NCBI GenBank assembly: GCA_048941015.1
Contig: JBHLNZ010000045.1
Location: 1 to 25,981, forward strand
DNA length: 25,981 nucleotides
From: Promethearchaeota archaeon
GTDB taxonomy: Archaea; Asgardarchaeota; Lokiarchaeia; Sigyniarchaeales; SOKP01
Direction: 5' to 3'
Shown here: positions 1 through 8,481 of the stretch, one piece after another
How positions within the stretch are numbered: position 1 is the first letter of the stretch
Layout: every line of letters starts with the position of its first letter
The notes under the pieces: model-generated
Told to the model about the DNA's origin: nothing
The model's input: the letters and a program-made list of their open reading frames with translations, nothing else
Databases searched by the model: none
Program-made: the position numbers and the translations under genes

Positions 1-952
1 TATCTTTAATATCTTTTAATTTCTTTATTTTTCTCTCAGGTCCAACAATCTTTTCTATTACCTCATTTACTATCTGTAGATCTTTGTATGATTTGAAACT
101 TTCATAGGTTTGGGTTTCTATAGTTCCCATCCAAGGTTTCATTTTTGGTAATGATTCAATTCTTCTTAAATCCCAATTCATTTGTCTTTTAAACTCATCC
201 GTAATCGGTTTTAGGGATTCTTCATCCCACTTTTTAATAACCCAAGGGGCATAAGAATGTAGTTTATCATAATCAAGTTCTAAATCTTCTCGCCATTCAT
301 ACTGATGATCCCAGTTAGCAGTAGCGAGGAAATTATCATTTTTAGTTTTTTCATAAGGAAAGAATCTCCAAGCATTTCTGTTAATCTTTTCAGATTTAAA
401 TGGAATTCCTTCTCCGTTTTGAAAAAAGTATCCCATAGTAATAAGATTGTCTGCATTATCATTTTGTGTTTTAAGATACACTTCAATTTGAGTCACATCA
501 ATTTTACTCTTCAAGATTTCATCTTGATATAATTTATAGATTATATTTTTTGCGTTATTTGGAAGACTTTTTCCTGTAAAAATTGGACAATATGAAAAGC
601 AATAATATTTTTCTTTTGCTTGGAAAATTTCAATCCAACATTCTATAGGTTTGATTGAGACGTTAGAACGTATGTAATTTATTATTAGGAACGCATCGAT
701 AATAGCTCCAATTATAATTATTATTAGAAAAAAGACTAGACTAAAAGAGATCAAATTAAAGATTATTGATAATGAGATATAGATAAATAACCCTCCCGTA
801 ATGAAGAAAAACGCAATTAATGAATAAAAAGCCTCAGGTTCTTTATCTTTTTTTGAATATAAGATGGTTGGAGCATTTTTAATTACAATATTTTTATTAA
901 ATTTATTAATGAATTCTTGAAAACTAACTTTGTTCCATTCAGTTTGAGCCAT
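1..952 (-). CDS. Hypothetical membrane protein, partial (3' end runs off the window); two N-terminal TM helices followed by a Trp/Tyr-rich soluble domain
   Basis: Manual translation of the minus strand from ATG at 952 gives an uninterrupted frame of 317 codons to base 1: MAQTEWNKVSFQEF...AFYSLIAFFFITGGLFIYISLSIIFNLISFSLVFFLIIIIIGAIIDAFLII...ANWDHQYEWREDLELDYDKLHSYAPWVIKKW...KIKKLKDIKD. It is missing from the ORF track because there is no stop codon inside the window. Confidence 0.9.
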   Translation of the reverse strand, partial: MAQTEWNKVSFQEFINKFNKNIVIKNAPTILYSKKDKEPEAFYSLIAFFFITGGLFIYISLSIIFNLISFSLVFFLIIIIIGAIIDAFLIINYIRSNVSIKPIECWIEIFQAKEKYYCFSYCPIFTGKSLPNNAKNIIYKLYQDEILKSKIDVTQIEVYLKTQNDNADNLITMGYFFQNGEGIPFKSEKINRNAWRFFPYEKTKNDNFLATANWDHQYEWREDLELDYDKLHSYAPWVIKKWDEESLKPITDEFKRQMNWDLRRIESLPKMKPWMGTIETQTYESFKSYKDLQIVNEVIEKIVGPERKIKKLKDIKD

Positions 953-1135
953 TTTTAAATGAAAGATTTATGATTTATATCAATTTTGGCATATTCTAAT
1001 TAAAAGCTTTGCTATTAGAGTTAAAATAAAATTTCTCTTCTTTAAATTTTTTCAAAATATTTCAAGAAATTACAAAATTAAACATCCTTTGAAATTTTTA
1101 ATATATATTTTTCATTATTGATATTGAATTAATAT

Positions 1136-3460
1136 ATGGTTAACTTTGAAGATTTTATAAACTATATTAAATCTCAAGAGTATTATAATGGTCAAATCGC
1201 TCATATCGAGCATATCCCAGAATTAAAAGCTAGATTTGATGAATTAGAAAAACCATTGAGAAAAAGATTACAACGTTGGCTCAACAATAGTAATATCAAG
1301 TTATGGAGACATCAAGCTGAAGCCATAAATCAAATTCGTAGGGGTAATAACACCGTAATCGTAACTTCTACAGCCTCAGGCAAATCTTTATGTTACAATT
1401 TATCTATTCTTGATGAAATTTTAAATAATGAAAAAACGACAGCTTTATACGTTTTTCCAACTAAAGCGTTAGCACGGGATCAATTTACAATACTATCCAA
1501 AATATTAGAAGAAACAAACATTAAGAGAGATAGAATAGGTGTGTATGATGGTGATGTTGATCCAAATGAAAAAAGAAAAATTCTATTCAATTCAAATGTA
1601 ATTATCACAAATCCTTATGGATTGCATTTTTATTTGCCATGGTTTAAACAAAAGTGGAGGAGAGTTTGTAGTAATTTAAAATACATCGTTCTAGATGAAA
1701 TTCATATTTATCGTGGAATTTTTGGTTCTAATTTTGCATTATTAATTAGGCGTTTAAAAAGAATTTTGAATTATTATGGTGTAAAACCAATATGGATTCT
1801 ATCGAGTGCTACGATTCGTAATCCAAAACAATTTTGTGAGAAATTGGTAGGTGAAGAATTCTATGTGGTTGATAGGGATGATTCTCCTTCTGGTACTAAA
1901 AAAGTTATTTTATGGGATTTACCATATGATGAAATTTCAAAAAAGTATCACTCAGCTCATCAGGAGACTAAAAATCTATTCATTAGCCATATCAAATATA
2001 AAGGTGGAATTCAAACATTAACTTTTACACTTTCAAGAAAAATGGCAGAATTGATAGCTATTTGGACAAGAAAGGAATTACCATCTATGAAAAATCAAAT
2101 TTTCAGTTATCGTGCGGGTATCAGCAAGAAGAAAAGGAGAGAAATAGAGCAAGGGTTTAAAAGCAGAAATATTCTTGGAATTAGTTCAACTAATGCGTTA
2201 GAACTAGGAATTGATATTGGCTCATTAGATGCAACAATATGTTCTGGCTTTCCTGGTACAATTTCAAGTTTTCGCCAACAAATTGGACGTTCTGGTAGAG
2301 GGAGTGACCTTTCTCTATCGACTTTTATCCCTATGCCTAACCCTTTAGATTTATTTTATATTCATAATCCGGATAAACTATTTGGACCTATCCAAGAAAA
2401 TATATTAATAACCCTGAATAATAAATATATCCTGAAAAATCACATATGTTGTGCAGCAAAAGAAATTCCCTTAATGACAGAAGATTACAAAAAGTTTGGG
2501 CTTCAAAATGTAAATTTATTTAAAGACTGTATTGAGGAGTTAATTTCAGAAGATTTGATAATGAAAAGAGGTAATAAGTTTTATTGGAGGGGAGAATATT
2601 ATCCTAATGAAAAGTATGGGTTGAATGATCTTTCATCAAGGAGTTATAAAGTATTATTAAAAACAGCAGGTACTGAGGAACTTTTAACTATTGAGGATGA
2701 AAGCTATGTTTTTAGAGATTTACATCCCGGAGCTGTATATCTTTATGAAGCCGAAACTTATATAGCTCAAGAACTTGATATTAAAGAAAGAATTGTATAT
2801 CTAACAAGAGCGGATGTTGAATTTTATACTCAATCACTGAAGCACACAGAAATCACTCCCTTAGAAACAATTTTTCAAAACGAAGTTAGGTTTAAGGATA
2901 CTAAGGAAGAGATAGAATACTATTTTGGTAATGTTAAAGTAGAACATGAATATTATGCTTATAAAGTAATTGATACTTTAACTCAAGAGACTCTTTCGCG
3001 TCATCCATTAGATGATATTCCAATAGTTGAATTTGAGACTCAGTCGGTTTGGTTTGAAATACCATTTGAGTATCAAAAAGATTTGGAACTAAAAGGTTAT
3101 AATCTTGGTGGAACAATACATGCAATAGAACATGGTATGATCGCCATGGCACCAATACTTGCCCAGATTTCTCGTTGGGATTTAGGAGGTGTATCTATAG
3201 ATTTTGATCCTATAAAGCAAAAACCAGTTATCTATATTTATGATGCTTATAAAGGTGGAGTTGGCATATCAGAGCTATTATTTAATAATTTATTAGAATT
3301 GATGAAACTTACTTATAATCTTATCAATTCTTGTAGTTGTAAAGCTGATGATGGTTGCCCTGCTTGTATTATGAGTCCTAAATGCGGAAACAATAATGAA
3401 CCGTTAGACAAAAATGGGGCGTTATTTTTACTATCCAGAATGCTAGCTTTAGAAGTTTAA
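1136..3460 (+). CDS. SF2 DEAH-box helicase with C-terminal DUF1998 Zn-binding domain (MrfA/YprA/SftH/Hrq1 family)
   Basis: Q motif LWRHQ, Walker A TASGKS, PTKALARDQ, DEIH, SAT, TNALELGIDIG, QQIGRSGR, HPGAVY, HAIEH, YDAYKGGVG and C-terminal CSC..GCPAC..PKC. Confidence 0.93.
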   Translation: MVNFEDFINYIKSQEYYNGQIAHIEHIPELKARFDELEKPLRKRLQRWLNNSNIKLWRHQAEAINQIRRGNNTVIVTSTASGKSLCYNLSILDEILNNEKTTALYVFPTKALARDQFTILSKILEETNIKRDRIGVYDGDVDPNEKRKILFNSNVIITNPYGLHFYLPWFKQKWRRVCSNLKYIVLDEIHIYRGIFGSNFALLIRRLKRILNYYGVKPIWILSSATIRNPKQFCEKLVGEEFYVVDRDDSPSGTKKVILWDLPYDEISKKYHSAHQETKNLFISHIKYKGGIQTLTFTLSRKMAELIAIWTRKELPSMKNQIFSYRAGISKKKRREIEQGFKSRNILGISSTNALELGIDIGSLDATICSGFPGTISSFRQQIGRSGRGSDLSLSTFIPMPNPLDLFYIHNPDKLFGPIQENILITLNNKYILKNHICCAAKEIPLMTEDYKKFGLQNVNLFKDCIEELISEDLIMKRGNKFYWRGEYYPNEKYGLNDLSSRSYKVLLKTAGTEELLTIEDESYVFRDLHPGAVYLYEAETYIAQELDIKERIVYLTRADVEFYTQSLKHTEITPLETIFQNEVRFKDTKEEIEYYFGNVKVEHEYYAYKVIDTLTQETLSRHPLDDIPIVEFETQSVWFEIPFEYQKDLELKGYNLGGTIHAIEHGMIAMAPILAQISRWDLGGVSIDFDPIKQKPVIYIYDAYKGGVGISELLFNNLLELMKLTYNLINSCSCKADDGCPACIMSPKCGNNNEPLDKNGALFLLSRMLALEV

Positions 3461-3511
3461 TTCTTTTCTGAAAGAATTTTCTTTTAATATAAAGAAATAT
3501 TAAAGGTGATT

Positions 3512-4642
3512 ATGACTAAGATTGATAATTATGAAATTGTGAGACAAAAATTAAGCCTTGGACCGTTATACGCACCTAAGCATAAAAAAATTTATGAACT
3601 CATGAAGATTTTATGGAATGAAGAAGAAATTGAGCTGCTTACGTATTTAGATGGTGCTGATAGATATAATACACTAGAACAATTAGAACAAAAATCAGGT
3701 ATTCCAAAATCAGAAATTGAAATTGTCTTGAACAGATTGAACGAAAGAGGTACGATAGCTAAAATTGAAACTGAAGAGGACACTTTATATAGTCTTGTTC
3801 CAATTGTTCCCGGTGTCTTTGAAAGATATTTTATCAGACAGAATGATTCTAAAGAAAATTTAAAGAAAGTAGCGGAGATCTATCATGATTTTATCTTTAA
3901 AGATTTTTTACCACCATTACTAACTGAAGCTAATTTAAAATTTTTTCGGCCAAGATTACCTGTTGATGCTAAAGAAAAATTAATTGAGATTGATGAGTCT
4001 ATAAATGCTGAATCTAAAATCCTTCCATATGAGTTAGTATCTCAATTAATTGAAAATTATGATATATTTACTGTTATTCCATGTCAATGTCGATTAATAG
4101 GTGAATATACAGGCGATCCATGTAAAATAGCTCCAGCAGAGATGGGTTGTTTTTTAGCTGGTGAAGGTGCTCTTTCATCTATTGAAAGGGGAGCTCCGAA
4201 AATGAATAAAAAAGAAGCAATAGATTATCTGAGAAAAACTGAGAAAGCTGGTTTGATTCATAGCTGTATCGCAGATGATAGCATTGAATCTACATTGTTT
4301 GTATGTAATTGCTGTAGTTGCCACTGTGGAGCATTAGCAGCAAAAGAAAGTAAATATATTGCCACTATGTCATCAAATTATATACCAAAAATAAATGATG
4401 AGCTCTGTACTAAATGTGAAACTTGCTTAAAGAAATGCCCCATGGAAGCAATTTACCATAAGTTTCCTAATAAGGCAGATAAATCTGATGAGAAAATGTT
4501 TATTAATGAAGAATATTGTATTGGCTGTGGAATTTGCGCAACTAACTGCCCTAATAATGCTATTAAACTGGTAAAGGTTAGAGATAACATTCCTTCGGAA
4601 AAATTCAAATTTGGAACCAAAACATTCTCAGAATTAGTTTAA
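3512..4642 (+). CDS. 4Fe-4S binding protein: N-terminal HTH-like region, Cys-rich middle domain, C-terminal 2x[4Fe-4S] ferredoxin
   Basis: CTKCETCLKKCP and CIGCGICATNCP ferredoxin motifs; additional CQCR..C..C and CNCCSCHC; HTH-like segment (LEQLEQKSGIPKSEIEIVLNRLNERGTI). ATG at 3512 follows an AGGTGA RBS; the track uses GTG at 3506. Confidence 0.85.
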   Translation: MTKIDNYEIVRQKLSLGPLYAPKHKKIYELMKILWNEEEIELLTYLDGADRYNTLEQLEQKSGIPKSEIEIVLNRLNERGTIAKIETEEDTLYSLVPIVPGVFERYFIRQNDSKENLKKVAEIYHDFIFKDFLPPLLTEANLKFFRPRLPVDAKEKLIEIDESINAESKILPYELVSQLIENYDIFTVIPCQCRLIGEYTGDPCKIAPAEMGCFLAGEGALSSIERGAPKMNKKEAIDYLRKTEKAGLIHSCIADDSIESTLFVCNCCSCHCGALAAKESKYIATMSSNYIPKINDELCTKCETCLKKCPMEAIYHKFPNKADKSDEKMFINEEYCIGCGICATNCPNNAIKLVKVRDNIPSEKFKFGTKTFSELV

Positions 4643-4879
4643 ATTAATACTAATAGCTTTTTTACTATTAATTTGCCTTTATTTCTTGGGAGTCGAGATT
4701 ATGTCACATTTCAAATCTAAATTAGCAAATATAAAAGAATATTTTTGAAAAATTATCTAAATCCACTAATTTGATCGCTTAAGAATAAATTCATAACTAA
4801 TTTTTAAAAATCAGTTAAGAAAAAAATAAGATATTAGCTTAAATGATCATTTTTTGACGACTAAATTTTTACTTGGTTA

Positions 4880-4945
4880 TACCCATTTCCTACCCATTTA
4901 TGAGAAAAAGTCATTTTTCTGTCAATAAAAGTCATTTTTCTGTCA
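4880..4945. repeat. Phased direct repeats: TACCCATTT x2 (4880-4888, 4891-4899) and AAAAGTCATTTTTCTGTCA x2 (4906-4924, 4927-4945)
   Basis: Exact repeats read from the sequence, with periods of 11 and 21 bp; GTCA recurs at 4910, 4921, 4931 and 4942. Confidence 0.85.
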
Positions 4946-5014
4946 TTATGCATCATGATTGTAAGTTTAATTATAATTTTTGGGAAAAAGTTCACTAAAA
5001 AATAATGTTTTCCG

Positions 5015-5075
5015 GATTCCGTCAAATTGAATACAAAAAGAGTCAGCTTTTCAAGATTTTAGCCGATTCCGCCAA
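5015..5075. repeat. Dispersed direct repeat GATTCCGYCAA x2 (5015-5025, 5065-5075)
   Basis: 10 of 11 bases identical, 50 bp apart, relatively GC-rich in an AT-rich spacer. Confidence 0.6.
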
Positions 5076-5172
5076 TTCAGAGAAGGAAATTATCCCAATA
5101 CATTTAAATACTAAATCATTCTTATTAAAATTAATAATAAAAATAAAAAGTAATAAAAAAAAGTGAAAAAAA

Positions 5173-5508
5173 ATGTCGATATTAGAACTTCAAGAGAAAG
5201 TAAAAATAATTTCTGATGAACAATTAAAAGAATTATATTCCTTAGCTAGTAAAGTAAGTTTAGACGCAATTGAAGAATTGTGCCCTGCTTTATTAAATAT
5301 TTGTTTAAATGCTGAGGGTGGAGTATTAAAAAATGAACTTGGAAGAGTTATATTCCATTTACAAAAATTAGAAAGATTAAATACAAGAATAGGATTAGAG
5401 AAGCTCTTACATGGTGCTTTAATGGTGAATGCAGAAGAAGTATTTAAACTTTTAGAAGAAGCAGAAGAAAAAGGATTAGCTGATAATATTAAAGAGCTTT
5501 TTCAATAA
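5173..5508 (+). CDS. Hypothetical all-alpha protein (111 aa)
   Basis: ATG start, codon usage like highly expressed neighbours, amphipathic helical Leu/Glu/Lys pattern, T8 tract just downstream; no motif recognised. Confidence 0.85.
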   Translation: MSILELQEKVKIISDEQLKELYSLASKVSLDAIEELCPALLNICLNAEGGVLKNELGRVIFHLQKLERLNTRIGLEKLLHGALMVNAEEVFKLLEEAEEKGLADNIKELFQ

Positions 5509-5515
5509 TTAAAGA

Positions 5516-5523
5516 TTTTTTTT
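5516..5523 (+). terminator. Putative archaeal oligo-T terminator
   Basis: T8 run beginning 7 nt after the stop of 5173..5508. Confidence 0.45.
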
Positions 5524-5613
5524 ACCTTTCTTATTTTAATTTAAAATTATTCTATAATTTAATAAAAAAAAGACTTAGAAATCTATATTTTTTATCATTC
5601 ATTTTATTTTATA

Positions 5614-5895
5614 ATGACAGAAGAAGAGAAAAGGGAAGACTCAGATTTAGACAAAGCTTGGGATTACTATGAAAAGATACATTCAGCACTAACAGGTCTG
5701 TATGATATTCTTAGTATGAGCATGGATAAAAACAATATTTTCTATCAATGTGCGATAGACAATCTGGAAAATTTAAAAGAGACTATTATCAACATGCTAA
5801 AGCATGATTATAATCCAGCTGAAATTAAACGTAAATTAAGAGATTTGGAATTTGACATGAAAAAGTCACTTTTTTTCGAGAAAGAAGGAGAATAG
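5614..5895 (+). CDS. Hypothetical acidic helical protein (93 aa)
   Basis: ATG start, plausible helical-bundle composition; no motif recognised. Confidence 0.8.
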   Translation: MTEEEKREDSDLDKAWDYYEKIHSALTGLYDILSMSMDKNNIFYQCAIDNLENLKETIINMLKHDYNPAEIKRKLRDLEFDMKKSLFFEKEGE

Positions 5896-5963
5896 TAGAC
5901 TTTTATACTTTAAAACTGTTCAGAATTATCAATTACTTATTATTAAACCAAAATTCAAGCTAA

Positions 5964-6599
5964 TTATAGATCCTTTATTCTTATCATTGACCAACTAACA
6001 ATAGATGTGTCTGGTATAATTATTTCTTCAAGAATTCTAAAACCGAAGTGATCATAAATAGCAATATTTCTCTCTATATTAGTTTCCAAATAGATAGGTA
6101 AGTTTTCATTGTCTATACGGTTTAACATTGGTTTTATAAGCTTGGATGCAAATCCTTGTCCTTGATATTCGGGATCGATACCAATAGGCCCAAAATACCA
6201 ATAGGGAACCTTCATATAGATATTACGTATAGAATCATTAACTGCTTGAATAAATGAAATTCTTTTAGTTGATTTTACTCCAAATTTTATAGGAAGCTTT
6301 ATTCCTCCATTTTTAACATATTTCCAATAAGAAATGTTAACATATTTAGGAGAACGCCACATAGCAATCCCCTCTAAATTTTCTGAAGTAGCATATACTT
6401 CACCATATTTTATACCTATTCTTAGGCTTATTTGCCATAAATAGTGAAGCTTTTTAGCTCTGGTATTAAAATCAGGAATCTGCCAGCGGATTACAGGATC
6501 GTTTAAAAATGCTCTGGATAATACTAAACTTGCAGCTTTAATATCTTTTTTTGAAAGACGTAGTAGGTTAGTTAACTCTAGCATTTTTTTTGAACTCAA
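5964..6599 (-). CDS. GNAT family N-acetyltransferase (puromycin N-acetyltransferase-like)
   Basis: AFLNDP, acetyl-CoA motif A IGIDPEYQGQGFAS, YLET..RNIAIYDHFGF. Start is TTG at 6599 or ATG at 6584. Confidence 0.9.
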   Translation of the reverse strand: MSSKKMLELTNLLRLSKKDIKAASLVLSRAFLNDPVIRWQIPDFNTRAKKLHYLWQISLRIGIKYGEVYATSENLEGIAMWRSPKYVNISYWKYVKNGGIKLPIKFGVKSTKRISFIQAVNDSIRNIYMKVPYWYFGPIGIDPEYQGQGFASKLIKPMLNRIDNENLPIYLETNIERNIAIYDHFGFRILEEIIIPDTSIVSWSMIRIKDL

Positions 6600-6747
6600 T
6601 AAAATTCGATGACAGTTAAAGTATATGTAATATTCTTAAAATTTTTAGTTTTTAAGAAATTAAAATCAAAATAGGAATATCGGAAAGTACAAAAGTCTTC
6701 AAATTTTTTCTAAATAAAGAGAATTAAATTAATTTAATGAATATAGA

Positions 6748-7770
6748 GTGTATGACTTTAAATCAGAGATTAATAAAATTGAAGACATTGTTCAAATTAA
6801 GATCGATGTACCTTTTGCCGTTAAATATGTTTGTCTTTACTTGTTTGAAGTGAATGGAAGTCGAGTATTAATTGATGCGGGACTTAATATGGGGAACTGG
6901 AAGCGAAAACTTTTCTCAGCTCTAGAAAAAGTTCAAATATCTCTTAATAATATTGATTATTGCGTCATATCTCACATACATTTAGATCATATCGGACTAT
7001 TAAGAACGATTAAGCTTAAAAATCCTGAAATGAAAATAGTGATGAATGATATAACTCATCAAATTTTCGAATGGGAGACTAATGAGAAAAACGTCTGTGA
7101 GATGGAGCAAGAAACAAAAAGTGTCGCAGATTTAATGGTCAGATATGGCATTCCTGAGGAACAAGCCCAAAAAGTTATTCAGTTTTTTACATTATGGCCA
7201 AGATATTTACAGTATCAAAAACCTGATATAATAGTGAATGATGGTGATACAATTTTAGATAATTTGGAAATTATCTGGACGCCTGGACATAGTTTTGGTC
7301 ATATATGTATTTTTGATAGAAAGAAGAGATACTTATTTGCTGGAGATCATATTCTTTCTAGAATTACTCCTCATATAGGTAATTTTGTTATAAGTCCTGC
7401 TTTAAGAAATAAATATAAATCTCATAATTTTGACAATATTTTAGATCATTATTTAAAATCCTTAGATCGAATTGATAAGTTGGAACCTAAGATAATTTTT
7501 CCAGCTCATCAAGATATAATATACAATCCACATCAGCGTATTTTAGAAATCAAAAAACATCATGATAATAGACTTCAAGAAATCTCAAATCTTATTAAAA
7601 ATAATCCATTGACTCCATTTGAGATATCTAAAATCCATTTTGGAAATGATTTGGATGAGATCAACTCGTATATGGCTATGAGTGAGGTATTAGGTCATTT
7701 AATTTTTTTAGATTACCAAAAAAAAGTAAAAAAATTTGAAAAGAATGGTAAACTTTTTTTTTTTACGTAG
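6748..7770 (+). CDS. MBL-fold metallo-hydrolase with C-terminal winged-helix-like domain
   Basis: LIDAG, SHIHLDHIG (HxHxDH), TPGHS, AGDH and PAH metal motifs; GTG start. Confidence 0.9.
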   Translation: MYDFKSEINKIEDIVQIKIDVPFAVKYVCLYLFEVNGSRVLIDAGLNMGNWKRKLFSALEKVQISLNNIDYCVISHIHLDHIGLLRTIKLKNPEMKIVMNDITHQIFEWETNEKNVCEMEQETKSVADLMVRYGIPEEQAQKVIQFFTLWPRYLQYQKPDIIVNDGDTILDNLEIIWTPGHSFGHICIFDRKKRYLFAGDHILSRITPHIGNFVISPALRNKYKSHNFDNILDHYLKSLDRIDKLEPKIIFPAHQDIIYNPHQRILEIKKHHDNRLQEISNLIKNNPLTPFEISKIHFGNDLDEINSYMAMSEVLGHLIFLDYQKKVKKFEKNGKLFFFT

Positions 7771-7796
7771 AAAACTTAACTCACTAGATTAAGTTT

Positions 7797-8315
7797 TTAA
7801 ATAACTTGTAAGTTTGTTCCACATTCTGCGCAAAATTTACAATGTATAGAAAGTTGGTTGCCACAAATTGGACAAAAGTTTACCTTTTCGCCGATTCTTT
7901 CTTGTCCAGAATAATTACAAATTTGATTAAATTTTTCTGAATAATATTCATCCTTTTTATGCAATAATTTTTTAGGGAGAATTCCCATTTCCAAAGCCCA
8001 TGATTTCATAACATTTTGTGGTACCAACCAAATAAAACCTCTACCAGCCCAAGAGAAAAAAACTTCTACACTTACATAAGTCTTTCTTTCAGAAGGGTCA
8101 TATCCAAATGTCATCTCATAAATTTCGCGAATAGAAGTACCATAGGCATGAACTGACATACCATGCTTTACTTTGAGTTCACGATAGAAAGAATTTTCAG
8201 AAATAAAGGAATTTGTTATTTTTACTGATCGTTTATTTTGCCAAAATGCTAAAGTATTATCCCAAACATCATTTATATGGGAATTTATAATATAATAACC
8301 AAATCTATATGGCAT
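7797..8315 (-). CDS. Hypothetical protein with C-terminal double zinc ribbon
   Basis: C-terminal FCPICG...FCAECGTNL; N-terminal alpha/beta domain not recognised. Confidence 0.85.
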   Translation of the reverse strand: MPYRFGYYIINSHINDVWDNTLAFWQNKRSVKITNSFISENSFYRELKVKHGMSVHAYGTSIREIYEMTFGYDPSERKTYVSVEVFFSWAGRGFIWLVPQNVMKSWALEMGILPKKLLHKKDEYYSEKFNQICNYSGQERIGEKVNFCPICGNQLSIHCKFCAECGTNLQVI

Positions 8316-8481
8316 TTTTAAGGTTTTTTCTATTTTATCAGATATATATTATTATATAAGTAAATATATAAATCTTTTGATCAATAATTCAGTATTAGTT
8401 TTTTTAAGATTTGAGCGTACTTTTCTAAATTTTAAAATATATATCTAGATATCGCTTTTGAAAATTTGAATCAAAAATTAT

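Noticed and set aside
280-532. Track ORFs 280..486 (-) and 305..532 (+)
   Set aside because: Both lie inside the long minus-strand gene 952..<1, in another frame or antisense.
3459-3497. Two tandem hairpins (AATTCTTT-N4-AAAGAATT and TTTCTTT-N6-AAAGAAA) between the helicase and the Fe-S gene
   Set aside because: Nearly all A/T pairs and weak; plausible by chance at this base composition.
2934-3783. Track ORFs 2934..3155 (-) and 3592..3783 (-)
   Set aside because: Antisense shadows of the helicase and the Fe-S protein, with no motifs.
4880-4945. CRISPR array or replication origin
   Set aside because: Only two copies of each repeat with 2-bp gaps, no spacers, no cas genes, no recognisable ORB box and no cdc6/orc1 gene in the window.
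4701-4998. Small ORFs 4701-4748 (MSHFKSKLANIKEYF, after GGGAG) and 4900-4998 (MRKSHFSVNKSHFSVIMHHDC...)
   Set aside because: Too short to support without expression data; the peptide repeat is simply a consequence of the 21-bp DNA period.
5005-5166. 53-codon ORF (MFSGFRQIEY...) in frame with the 5173 gene through a single TGA, suggesting Sec or readthrough
   Set aside because: The TGA sits in a poly-A context (KKK*KK) with no redox motif, GTGA is better explained as an RBS remnant, the ORF crosses a TATA-like AT-rich zone, and I see no SECIS-like hairpin after 5508.
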